From the NCBI RefSeq assembly GCF_031769215.1, contig NW_026781869.1, forward strand, positions 558,001-622,000: a stretch of DNA of 64,000 nucleotides, read 5' to 3'. Made by a program: the position numbers and the translations under genes. This DNA comes from Ylistrum balloti. Its lineage: Eukaryota. Below, piece by piece: positions 25,991 to 39,655 of this stretch (its first letter is position 1; the number at the start of each line of letters is the position of its first letter). Below the pieces are notes generated by a model. That model had not been told where the DNA came from, did not search any database, and worked only from the letters and a program-made list of their open reading frames with translations.

Positions 25991-27480
25991 TTTGCTTAAT
26001 TTATCAATATCAAAAGCAAAATAAGTACATATCTACTCATTTTCGCTTTCACTGATTAAAATGTTTTACTTGTTACACCCATCGTATCTTTGTTATAAAC
26101 GGAGTTGCTTCTTTTATAATGTAATGCTGATTATTAAATATGAAAATCAAATAACCTTTGATGTGTTGTTATTGTAATAATTTATATTTTGTTTCAATTA
26201 TTGATGATAAGTCTATAGTTGTTGTAGGAATGTTTTCAACAATTTAGATCACGAAAAAAATGAAAACAATTGGAAACATGGGAAAATAACAGAGGGAAAA
26301 GGTTCACAAATGCATGCAAGTGACTAAAGTAAAAACATTCTTTAATATGGAAAACATTGATAGTAAAAAAAAAACTAAATTTGAATGAAAAATTGTCGTA
26401 TAATCGCTTCGGTAGGCGATTTTGTCATAAACCTTTTCATTAGTACACAGGTGGCGTTTACATGGTTTTCGCTCGATTATCTTTTCCTTTATTAGGTTAA
26501 TTATCATATAAAGTTAGAACATACGATGTATCCTTTGTTACGAAAACAAATGTACAAGCTGTTACAAGTATGTTAAAGCATTGCGTTATAGAGTTTTTAT
26601 ATTGTAATATATACTTTATGCTGAGATCTTTCGGCATTTGCCAGACTCAAAAGAAGTAGCAGTTATCATATATGTTATTCTGTTGATGTAGTCCGTGTTT
26701 GTCGCATACCAGCTTTAACACGAAATTTATTAGGTCAAATATTAACGTAATGTATATAATAACAATGTACATAACTAAAATTAATAATACTGAAATACAG
26801 TGTTCACAAACTGCGGGGAAACGGTCTTAAATACCATTCTAAATTAGAGGTGAACTACTATAAAATGATATATTTCAGCTAAAATTTCGTGGTTTTCCAA
26901 AAGTATTTTTGTTCGATGGTACATGATTTCTTTCATTAGTATTGTTAAAATAAATAACTGCTATAACCACATCAACAATTATATGTTAATAATTTTGTGG
27001 ACATTTCAATTTGTAATTAGAGTACACACGAATTCAACGAAAATTAATCTGAAGTCTATGAAAATAAATAAACTGAATGAAACTAAGGCAAAATTTAACT
27101 TATCTTTACACCTATATATCTGTATATGTCAGTCCTTACCCGACTACAGGTCATTGGTGTACGGAGAGTTGTGTTGGCAGTGTTCTCCACCAATTTGCAA
27201 ACGTGTAATGTTATATAATGATATATCTTACCGACCTGTGTAATAGTGTGCACTTAATGAAACATTGTTGTTGGTTTAGATGGATAAGTTGAATGTCAAT
27301 TATATACCTCAATGTCTTTGCATACCATTAATTTAGGTCCAAACTCATCCGCAGTCTATGGATGAGGTGGATTTCTTCCCCTTCAGCTCCCCCTTCCAAA
27401 CACATACATACACACCTTTACACACGCCAAAACCAAGCCCATCCACCCCACACCAAGCACGCCCCCACCTGCACCCACTG

Positions 27481-27522
27481 ACACACACACACACACACAC
27501 ATACATATATATATATAGGTGT

Positions 27523-27556
<34 letters not shown>
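27481..27556. repeat. Compound microsatellite (AC)n-(AT)n-(GT)n, self-complementary
   Basis: Directly visible and preceded by a C-rich low-complexity tract (~27375-27480). The ORFs over it are artefacts. Confidence 0.95.
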
Positions 27557-27558
<2 letters not shown>

Positions 27559-30500
27559 CTTGTTCCTACCATGCAATTAATTGGTATTCAATTCGTAGAG
27601 ACAGTATAGAACAGAATAGGTAAAACAAATTCTTGAACATACTTGTTGAGGACCATTACATTCTGTATCCAATTTGCAGCAAACGAAATCAATAATGTTA
27701 TTCATATGAAGTGTATTCAGCTTATATTAGAAATTGTTTATCCCTCAACCATAAAATTTACAATGAAAAGACTCATTTTGAAAATGCTTCATTGAGTTCA
27801 TTGATATTGCTTGGATTTATTTATAACATAGTTCTATTTTTAACCTGTAAATACTCGGGGAAGCGAAAGTAATGGCGATGCTGCACCAGCTGCACTCTAG
27901 AGGACGCATGCATGCAACAACCTGAAAGCATCAGGGTGATCAAAGTGTTTGTGACAGTGGAGCGCGCAGCTCACATAAACGATATTCCGGCAAAAGGATA
28001 TGATACTATTTACAATCTCTCAATTTGAATGATATTCAAGTTTTGAAACACTTGTTCCTTCTATAGTTATGAAAAGACATAAAATACATCTCATAATCTC
28101 TATTCAATATATATTTGTTCTTAATTAGTCCTTTCTGTCAAGCAGATCAGCTACAAAATTGAATACTAGAAACTTAATTCAACGTCAGAATTTATATGAA
28201 TTTTTAAGTGAAATGAAAACCATCGATTTTACCAAGTATGTAAATACAAACTTTACACGTTATATTGGATATAAAATAATGTAAAAAGACATTAATCTTT
28301 TCCAGTATTTATATATCAATTTGTCCATGACATTGTCTGAATTATGCGAAGATTTTTACGTATTTAAATTCAATGTATCTTGGAAAATATGTATAATATA
28401 TTTCCATTAAAACTGGCATAACTTCATCTTGATTCATCCATGTACTTTTACCTTATGTTAAAAAGTTTTTTGAAAAGTTTATTGGAATATGTCTCTTTGT
28501 TGATCATATTATCCTCATTTGCAGGAACATTAGTGCAACGAATTTAGTTTCGATCATTAAGTTAAGTTAAATTTGACATTAAGTACTCATAAATCAGGGC
28601 AATAAATGTTGTGACGAAACAAAATTTTGTTCAAGTTTCCCCGTAGAAAGAACAAACCTACAGTGATTAAATTTACCAATTCTCTTCTATGTCGCTCGTT
28701 CTACTAATCTTCAGTTTTGATAGCCCTGCCGTTTCTCGCTATATAATTGGATAGTTACAGAATAACGAGAATTAATGTAATTCTTCTGTCAGTTGAACGC
28801 AAGTTTTCATTTCAGACGAAAGTTTTATGGTAGCTTTGTGCCAAATATTTTGAAGAGAACTTTACAGAAAGCGTATAATTCTTCTGATTGTTTCGCTTAA
28901 CCTTTTCCATTAGTTCACCAAGTCAATTATGAAGACCGATAATGTGACCGGATTGGAGATTTTGGCGCTAATTGTTTTTAATGGTCGCTTTTTTTGAAAA
29001 ACTTTTAAACACCGTTTAAGTGACAAAGCTTTTTTTAATCTGGATATAAAAATGATAAAAACTTTTCGCAATTTAGCTGATGCTATAAATGGTGTGTGAA
29101 AACTACCAAGTGAAGTGTCCTGAGGGAGAACAACATGACATTCTGTATATCCCCTAAGTGGCCATTCCTCCCAAGATCGGAATTTTTGTTCATTTCAACT
29201 AAGCCACATCATTCTGAAGTCACACAAACATTCCAAGAGTAATTTCGGTTTGCAAATTTTCATATTGTATTTCTACAATGCAACAACTCTTTCTGGATTG
29301 CATTACGAGTGTGTATTTTAACATACTTATGTATTTCTGTTTGAAATTTTATATACGAAAATTTTAACAAACGAAATGAAGAAAGGTCCTTGTCACCAAT
29401 CGGAAATGTTAAACGAGGAAGCAAAATAAATGTTCTGACACGGTCTGTAGATCAGAATAACAGCTTCCAACTATTTGCTTTATCACTGACATCATTTATA
29501 TTTCTGCTTCCAATATGTTTCGGGTACAAACATCCATGTAGCGAGCATGTATATCATAATTATCAAAGTCTTTTCTCTAGACCCTGAATAAATAGCTCTT
29601 TTTCCTTTAAATTTTCCTCGTATGTTGTTAATGTTTTCCGTGGTTGTACCTATACCAAAAAACCGATTGTGACGAAATATTATTTATCAGAACGAAACCC
29701 ATTTCCTAAACTTATGTGTAGGTACAAAAAGAAAGAGGAAACAAAACAACCACTAATTCAGGTTTCAATTTTTGACAATATTGCATTTTCCTAGTATCTA
29801 ACAAATTGTATGCCCTCGAGTGATTTGTACATAAAAGATAGAAAATAAATCTGAATTAACACTGTTTTATTTTTCCATTTCGATGCGATGTACTTCTTAC
29901 AGAATATATTCTGATGAATCAAAACAAAATCATAACAAAAAGGCACAATAAACAAATTATATATATGACTGGTGCATCTGTCGCTTGTTTGTTTTTTCTC
30001 TTCTTTATTCACAATAAATACCTATCTGTGATGTATAATGAAAAGCATTACATCAATAATGCTACAGGTATGTTAAGGTAAAATTGCCGCGACGCCTTTG
30101 TGCATGGAAATTGGGCGATCATTACTCCAGTCTCATTGTTTCAACTTATCATTATTAAAGAACTGAAAACAATCAATCACCGTGTAACAGTTACATTTAG
30201 ATACAAATATAAAAACATTTATCAAACTAAATTACAAATAAGATCACTAATCATTCTGATTTATTAAGTCGCCAATATTCGCGGTAAATGCTGTGCTGTC
30301 CTGCTTCAGTCCCTTGCCTCAGTGCTATTTATTTTTGTTTCCGGGAGGTGAGTACTGTGTTTTTACTTGATTCTTCTTAAATTCATTTTCTTTTTCTTCT
30401 CTAATCCCCTTGACTTTTGCTTCTTCGTTCCATTTTATTTTATTCCGCTGATTTCTCCCTGATCCACTTCTTTCCTCTTCATTCCCTTCGTTTCTTTTGC

Positions 30501-33500
30501 AGTCCTTTTTTAAGTTTTACTATATTCCTTCTTTGTTCATGTTTCCTGGAGGTTTCTATTAGCTCTTTTTTGTGTTTCTGAATCTGTTATCACCTATCTC
30601 TTATTTTGTTTATGTTGGCATTTGTGATGATGTTGAGTTGATGCAGTGTCCCGTTATATTTTGGTCCATTTGTTCTTATTTCAACATCATATATAGTCCT
30701 TACAAAATGGCGATATCTTTAGATATGTTCTGGATTAAGGAACTGTGATATGACGTTCCGTCGGTAAGTTATAAAATATTGACAAAGTCAGGTACAGTAA
30801 CGTATTTTTTCATGAGAAAATGAAAATAAAGTATTCTTCGATTTTTTCCCCACGAAAACTTATCATCAGCATACAGGTGTATTTATGTGCTGTTCTCATT
30901 GTTTGATGACATATTCTGCACCAATGAAATAGAAATCGTACTAATATCAGAAGACTATCAAATAAACACGATATAAGCTTTTCTTGAAACATGATTGCTG
31001 ACGCTTAATCTTGAAAATACAAATGGTTGGTCATCCCTAGTTTCGGCGACGAGATGAATCTTTAGTGCTTAGGTGTTTAATTGTTATTATCAGAAATTTA
31101 CTAAATGTCATCTGAGGTTTCGTTATATTGCTAAGTGGGATCAATCATTTGATGTAAACGCTTCTGTTATGAAGACAAACGAAAAAAGTTACCTTAAACA
31201 TATATGATCACTTAAACTTTAAATTTCGCTTTACTTAATCAGTACTGGATATGGCTCAGACATTATATAACTGATACACAAGTAAATAGGGCCACTATAT
31301 CTTCAAAATTAGATGTATATGAAATAAATTCATCATACAACTGTTTCGTCCGTCTTGAAGCTATATCTCTTTACTATTTAAACCTAACAGATGACCGTGA
31401 GTAATGAAACTGGTATGAAAATGATAACATTTCAAAAACCATACTGCAAAGTTCAATATACTGTTAACCAAAAAAGCAATAACCAAATTTCAGTACTGAA
31501 TGATATCATAGATGTGTGATGGCCGTTTTTGAATCTTATAAACTGCAGTGAAAAGTCGCTCGTATTATTAACAGACTCCCCCCCCCCCAACCCCCCATGC
31601 AATTAATTTTTATATTATGTTTAATCATAGATTTCTAAAAACAGGGAAACCAATTATAGATGGCTTTTTAATTAACCATCAAGTTCCTAGATTGAAGTCT
31701 GACATCGCTTGTTGGTTGTTGAAAAATTACAAACAATGATAACTTTTATGGAATATAACAAAAAATGCATAAAAGACACAGAAGCAGAATATGATAAAAA
31801 GTAAGATAATTAACGAGACGGCATCATAACTGTATATGTTTCGTCCTTTTATTTGGATTTGTCAGTGATTCTAAATAGCTATATAGTTGAATATTTTATA
31901 TAAGACACACAAACGAATAGCATCATTTGATTTAAAAATACAAATAGATACAGCACAGTCAAACCATGAAATAAACTGCATCCTACAGCTGTTTCGTCCT
32001 TCTTGGATTCGTAATAAACAATCAAGCCACTGAGGAAAATTCAAACTTATCAAATTAGATTTTTAAAGATATTGGGAGATGTACTTACCACACGATTCAT
32101 CAAATTTCAATACTGTATGATATGGTCACCAGGTACATACGTATATTCTGAACTGTGTCACGTTTCAAGTAAATTAAAAAGTGGCATAGTTGTTACATAG
32201 TGAGGTATTGAATCGAAGTGTGCTTAGATTTAAGAAAGAGATGTTTCTCTACAAATCAATTTCAGACGGGATTATTTCCCTTGGGTTGTTGTCCACTGAT
32301 CAAGCTGGCGTGCTAACAAAATAACTTTATATCATGTTTATGATGATGATTTGTCTTACCAGAAAACTATGAATTCAGTTTGTTTACATTGGGAACAATT
32401 ATATTATAGGTGTTGTCTCCATTTCAATGAATTTGTATATGAAATGTGTCATTAGTATCAGTGACTTCTGATGTTACATATCTTTAATTTGAAACATGTA
32501 TTAATATTCAAATCACCTTCGCGAAATTCACATTATTCCCGAGGTTATTTCCACTCTTTTCTGTCTTCATTTTTGTTTTTTATTTTTGGTTCATTTTGCG
32601 ATATTGTGAATATTATATTTTCAATGAGTTCATACAGAAACCATTTAACTGAAAATATAAATAGAAAACAAAATGTTGCGCTTCAAAACACGATGATAAA
32701 ATCTTAAACGGAAATAGACACAAATGATACAAATAGCATGAATTTTTATATCACCATATGAGTTAAATTTTAAATAGGAGATGTGCAGTGTATGCAGAGA
32801 TATTTTACACGCGTTGCCATTCACTAATAAATATCGATCACACCAAGATTCTATCAGGTAGCATTAATATTCGTGGGGTGATTATTATGAAATGATAAAA
32901 ATTGTCGGGTTTGTAAGTTCTTTCATCTCGTTATCTGCATGATTCAAAGGATTTTATTATTTGTTATTCTGACGACACAGTTTACATAAGATAGATAGAG
33001 ATGACTGATGTTGCTATTTTTTACAAATTCTCACACATTTCAGCTCGTGAGGAATCGAAGACTGCAGTGAACTAATTATAAAGAGAGAAAACAAAATTTC
33101 GAAATACGATAATAAAGTTTATTTTACGAGCTTTTGTTTTTCAGAATTTTTATCACCCTAAGAGATTGTAAACAATAACTTTCACAGAAATAATAACAAC
33201 TACTGGTTATTAATTCAGTGCAAATCCATTAGTTTATTTTACAATTTAGTTTATGTACTCGAAGATGTATCAACACAACAGCAAAATGTGTTTATTTTTT
33301 CTGTCTTATTTTCTTTCTTTATTTAGATTGGAACATGTTTGTCGCTGAAGTTCTCTTTATTGAACATGAAATTGACGGTGTTGTATTGCTTCAGTCTGTT
33401 TATCTCTCATCTTCGTTGTGTATAAATCATATTGGACATCCTCGTGTGAGAGTGCTATCGATGTTGGTTTCATTGATATGTTGGTTGAAATTGTTTGGAC

Positions 33501-34379
33501 ATATGTTGTATGATGTCTTGAACAATTACCAGAGTTTCAAACATGTTCTAACTGTTGGTTTTTTTATTTTGAATTATAAGCTGTAATAGCATTTCTGTAT
33601 TTTCCCAAATCTACATTCAAAATGATATATGATTATGACTTTGCACAGAATTTACAAATGATGTAATAAGTTTGTTTAAATAGAGCGCTATCAATCCCCA
33701 GATTTCTCCAGAGAATCATAATGATATTGGAACATTGTATGGTCGCCAACATGCTTTCATTAAGTTTAAATAATTTAGATGTATTAGATGCATGTTATTG
33801 TATGCATAATGTTTTCCTTGTTGTATCTAGGTTCTCATTTTAGAATGTTACTTGTCTTAATTACCCATGTATTTGTTTGATGCCTGTTGTCGATAGAGCA
33901 ACAGACGCGTATCCTTACCGAACGCTTTCAATGTTCAGTATCTCTACATCAAGGCATCCTCCAAATTTTGGTGTCGTCTTGTCGATTTCGAATCATGATT
34001 TCAGATTCATATCATATTTAGGCCCTTGGCATCACTTACGAGTCCTAGAAGGACGAAAATCTGTATGATGCACTTTACTTTGCTGTTTGGCTTTACTGCA
34101 ATTTACTCTTAATCTCTTGATTATGAAAAGGTGCTATTCACTTGTGTGTCTTTGTACAATCTTATTGATCTGTACTTTTTCAAACAATGCTCAACTTATT
34201 TCATTACAAAGAAACTAATCCCACATCTGTGTTTATATACAATTCGAGAATTTACACCACTCTTTTATGAATGTTTCTTCTATACCAACCTTTGATTTTT
34301 TTTCCTCGGTACAGTACCATACCCCATCCAACCGAAGAAACACCTTCGTAATGGTCTTTGCCTATAAAAGAGAGTTGAA

Positions 34380-35170
34380 CAGCAGTATATAAGAATGATC
34401 GTTAGCTATTCTTGAGCGTTCATCTTGGAAATACCTTAAATTCTACGGATGACGACATCATAGATATCTTTCTCTAGTTTGGTGGTAAGATCTTCCAACA
34501 GACTATTTACCCCAGCCTCGCCGTATTACTTTTTATACCAGGCTGAAATTATAGAACTTGTCAAAACAGGTCACAAAGACCTTACCAAGTTTTCAATTTA
34601 ACTTTAAGATACATTGATGACGTCTTGTGTTTTAATAACAAGAGAATTATCGGTCATGTGCATAGCATATATCCACCTGAAATCTTACAACCCGACAGGG
34701 ACACCAAGCTGTATAACAAGTGTGATGGTTTCCATTTTTCTATTGTGAATTTTCCATTTCTTTACAGCAACGATCCAACCTGATATTCGTGTTGATGATT
34801 ATTTGATATTCAAGGGAGTGTTCCCAATATAACATTTTACTCGATGTCGATGTCGAAGAAAAGATCTATTTATTTGTGCGACATTACGTTGATCATGTTT
34901 ACTGCTCGTTAGTATGTCTGGTGATTCCGTTATTGTTTACATACCTTGTTTTTAATTGGGAACGTGACATTACTTATTTGGATTGATCACCATTTACATG
35001 CCGGATGTCGCCGATGAAGAAGAAGAAGCTTACCCTTCCGGAACAGCTGGTATTCGTCTGTTTGTACTTTTGTCAGTAGTCTCTGAGTAAAATTTTCTCT
35101 TTTTATATTTAGGCAAAATTTCAAGGAATTTGAGTTTGAATTCTACTGACACATCCGTATTTTTTTGTTG
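34380..35170 (+). mobile_element. Degraded Penelope-like retroelement: reverse transcriptase C-terminal relic plus 3' tail
   Basis: Broken frames read DIFL*FGGKIFQQTI (~34463), FNLTLRYIDDVLCFNN..HVHSIYPPEI (YIDD at 34610-34621) and KLYNKCDGFHFSIVNFPFLYSN (~34706). These match the RT of abundant bivalve PLEs as I recall it. The dispersed tail repeat follows at ~34995. Confidence 0.8.
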
Positions 35171-35864
35171 CTTATAAAAGCAAGACAGGATAATTATATC
35201 TCTTGTTCAGTTCTAATGTGTTAAAAGTGTACTTCATCAGAAAAAAAAGAAATATTTACGGATGCAGCAATAAAATATATAACCAATACAAAAATGAACC
35301 AGACAATGGGGAAATCTGTAGTAAAGTTAATACGCATGTTTGCGTATCGTGAGAATAGCATTTTCTGTAGACAATTTGATAGGAAGAAAAAATAATAAGA
35401 CACTTCATTTTCTTAATAATACATAAGATTGTAATGTAAAATTTTGCAAAAACATTTCAAGTTGTTTGAAAGAAAGTAGATGACTTTGATGTGATGAAAA
35501 AAAGACATTGTAACTAAAGCTTTACGGACAGGGGTACGAAAGTAAACATCACAACGCAAAGACAAAATATTCTGCTAAAACATTAAAATATTCTGTCAAC
35601 ACACAGACAAAGTCTGACATCACAAAAAGACAACACTCTTTGTCAACACTCAAGAATAAAACTTTTGTTATCACACAAAGAAAAAATATTTTATCAAAAC
35701 CAAATTGTTTTCTAACCACAAAAAGGCGAAATCTCTTAAAACACTAAAAGACAACACACAACACAAAAAGATACATTATCGTCACAAAGTGTTTACGAAT
35801 ACAAAGTGTTGACTGAAAGAAAGAAATGATAACACTGCTTCAGTAAACAATAATAGAATATTAT

Positions 35865-38800
35865 AACAGTTACAAAATACAATACCATCAACAAGCAGTT
35901 ACAAAATACAAAACCTCAACAAGCAGTTACAAAATACAATACTTCAACAAGCAGTTACAAAATACAATACTTCAACAAGCAGTTACAAAATACAATACCT
36001 CAACATGCTGTTACAAAATACAATACTTCAACAAGCAGTTACAAAATACAATACCTCAACAAGCAGTTACAAAATACAATACCATCAACAAGCAGTTACA
36101 AAATACAATACCATCAACAAGCAGTTACAAAATACAACCGTCAGCAGACAGTTACAAAATACAATACCTCAACAAGCAGTTACAAAATACAATACCTCTA
36201 CAAGCAGTTACAAAATACAATACCATCAACAAGCAGTTACAAAATACAATACCTCAACAAGCAGTTACAAAATACAATACCTCAACAAGCAGTTACAAAA
36301 TACAATACCTCAACAAGCAGTTACAAAATACAATACCTCAACAAGCAGTTACAAAATACAATACCTCAACAAGCAGTTACAAAATACAATACCTCAAGAA
36401 GCAGTTACAAAATACAATACCTCAACAAGCAGTTACAAAATACAATACCTTAACATGCAGTTACAAAATACAATACCTCAACAAGCAGTTACAAAATACA
36501 ATACCTCAACAAGCAGTTACAGTTACAAAATACAATACCTCAACAAACAGTTACAAAATACAATACCTCAACATACAGTTACAAAATACAATACCTCAAC
36601 AAGCATTTACAAAATACAATACAGTCAACAAGCAGTTACAAAATACAATACCTCAACAAGCAGTTACAAAATACAATACCTCAACATACAGTTACAAAAT
36701 ACAATACCTCAACAAGCAGTTACAAAATACAATACCTCAACAAGCAGTTACAAAATACAATACCTCAACAAGCAGTTACAAAATACAATACCTCAACAAG
36801 CAGTTACAAAATACAATATCTCGACAAGCGGTTACAAAATACAATACCTCAACATGCGGTTACAAAATACAATACCTCAACATACCGTTACAAAATACAA
36901 TACCTCAGCATGCTGTTACAAAATACAATACCGTCAACAAGCATTTACAAAATACAATACCTCAACCAGAGGTTACAAAATACAATACCTCAACAAGCAG
37001 TTACAAAATACAATACCTCAACAAGCAGTTACAAAATACAATACCTCAAGAAGCAGTTACAAAATACAATACCTCAACAAGCAGTTACAAAATACAATAC
37101 CTCAACAAGCAGTTACAAAATACAATACCTCAACAAGCATTTACAAAATACAATACCTCAACAAACAGTTACAAAATACAATACCTCAACAAGCAGTTAC
37201 AAAATACAATACCTCAACAAGCAGTTACAAAATACAATACCTCAACAAGCAGTTACAAAATACAATACCATCAACAAGCAGTTACAAAATTACCTCAAAA
37301 TACAATATCTCGACAAGCGGTTACAAAATGCAATACCTCAACATGCGGTTACAAAATACAATACCTCAACATACAGTTACAAAATACAATACCTCAACAA
37401 GCAGTTACAAAATACAATACAGTCAACAAGCAGTTACAAAATACAATGCCTCAACAAGCAGTTACAAAATATAATACCGTCAACATACAGTTACAAAATA
37501 CAATACCTCAACATACCGTTACAAAATACAATACCTCAACAAGCAGTTACAAAATACAATATCTCGACAAGCGGTTACAAAATACAATACCTCAACATGC
37601 GGTTACAAAATACAATACCTCAACATACAGTTACAAAATACAATACCTCAACAAACAGTTCCAAAATACAATACCTTAACAAGCAGTTACAAAATACAAT
37701 ACCTTAACAAGCAGTCCAAAATACAATACCTCAACAAGCAGTTACAAAATACAATACCTCAACATGCTGTTACAAAATACAATACATCAACATACAGTTA
37801 CAAAATACAATACTTCAACAAGAAGTTACAAAATACAATACCTCAACAAACAGTTCCAAAATACAATACCTTAACAAGCAGTTACAAAATACAATACCTC
37901 AACAAGCAGTTACAAAATACAATACCTCAACAAGCAGTTACAAAATACAATACCTCAACATGCTGTTACAAAATACAATACATCAACATACAGTTACAAA
38001 ATACAATACCTCAACAAACAGTTACAAAATACAATAACTCTACAAGCGGTTACAAAATACAATACCTCAACAAGCAGTTACAAAATACAATACCTCAACA
38101 AGCAGTTACAAAATACAATACCTCAACAAGCAGTTACAAAATACAATACAGTCAACAAGCAGTTACAAAATACAATACCTCAACAAGCAGTTACAAAATA
38201 TAATACCGTCAACATACAGTTACAAAATACAATACCTCAACATACCGTTACAAAATACAATACCTCAACATGCTGTTACAAAATACAATACCTCAACACC
38301 CTGTTACAAAATACAACACCTCAACAAGCAGTTACAAAATACAATACCTCAACAAGCAGTTACAAAATACAATACCATCAACAAACAGTTACAAAATACA
38401 ATACCGTCAACAAGCAGTTACAAAATACAATACCTCAACAAGCAGTTACAAAATACAATACAAAATACAAAATACAATACCTCAACAAGCAGTTACAAAA
38501 TACAATACCTCAACAAGCAGTTACAAAATACAATACCTCAACAAGCAGTTACAAAATACAATACCTCAACAAGCAGTTACAAAATACAATACCTCAACAA
38601 GCAGTTACAAAATACAATACCTCAACAAGCAGTTACAAAATACAATACCTCAACAAGCAGTTACAAAATACAATACCTCAACAAGCAGTTACAAAATACA
38701 ATAATCAACAAGCAGTTACAAAAATACAAAATACAATACCTCAACAAGTTACAAAATACAATACCTCAACAAGCAGTTTCAACAAGCAGTTACAAAATAC

Positions 38801-39655
38801 AATACCATCAACAAGCAGTTACAAAATACAATACCTCAACAAGCGGTTACAAAATACAATACCTCAACAAGCAGTTACAAAATACAATACCTCAACAAGC
38901 AGTTACAAAATACAATACCTCAACAAGCAGTTACAAAATACAATACCTCAACAAGCAGTTACAAAATACAATACCTCAACAAGCAGTTACAAAATACAAT
39001 ACCTCAACAAGCAGTTACAAAATACAATACCTCAACAAGCATTTACAAAATACAATGGAGTCAAGAACAAGTTACAAAATAAAATACCTCAACAAGCAGT
39101 TACAAAATACAATACCTCAACAAGCAGTTACAAAATACAATACACAAAAATACAATAGCAGTTCAAAATACAAACAGTTACAAAATACAATACCTCAACA
39201 AGCGGTTACAAAATACAATACCTCAACAAGCAGTTACAAAATACAATACCTCAACAAGCAGTCCAAAATATAATACCTCAACAAGCAGTTACAAAATACA
39301 AATACAGTTACAAAATCAATACCTCAACAAGCAGTTACAAAATACAATACCTCAACAAGCAGTTACAAAATACAATACCTCAACAAGCAGTTACAAAATA
39401 CAATACCTCAACAAGCAGTTACAAAATACAATACCTCAACAAGCAGTTACAAAATACAATACCTCAACAAACAGTTACAAAATACAATACCTCAACAAGC
39501 AGTTACAAAATACAATACCTCAACAAGCAGTTACAAAATACAATACCTCAACAAGCAGTTACAAAATACAATACCTCAAGAAGCAGTTACAAAATACAAT
39601 ACCTGCAAAATCAACACAGTTACAAAATACAATACCTCACATGCTGTTACAAAAT
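35865..39655. repeat. 28-bp satellite (caacaagcagttacaaaatacaatacct)n, ~135 copies
   Basis: Periodicity is directly visible. Three units give the 28-aa repeat seen in the ORFs at 36005-37474, 36910-37707 and others. Confidence 0.97.

Noticed and set aside
33300-34300. Possible decayed LINE sequence on the minus strand
   Set aside because: I could not recover a convincing RT or endonuclease motif in any frame.
36005-39273. Long repetitive ORFs (489, 265, 144 aa and others) as real proteins
   Set aside because: They arise from a stop-free 28-bp unit, which is not a multiple of 3; all three frames give the same cyclic peptide and break at indels.
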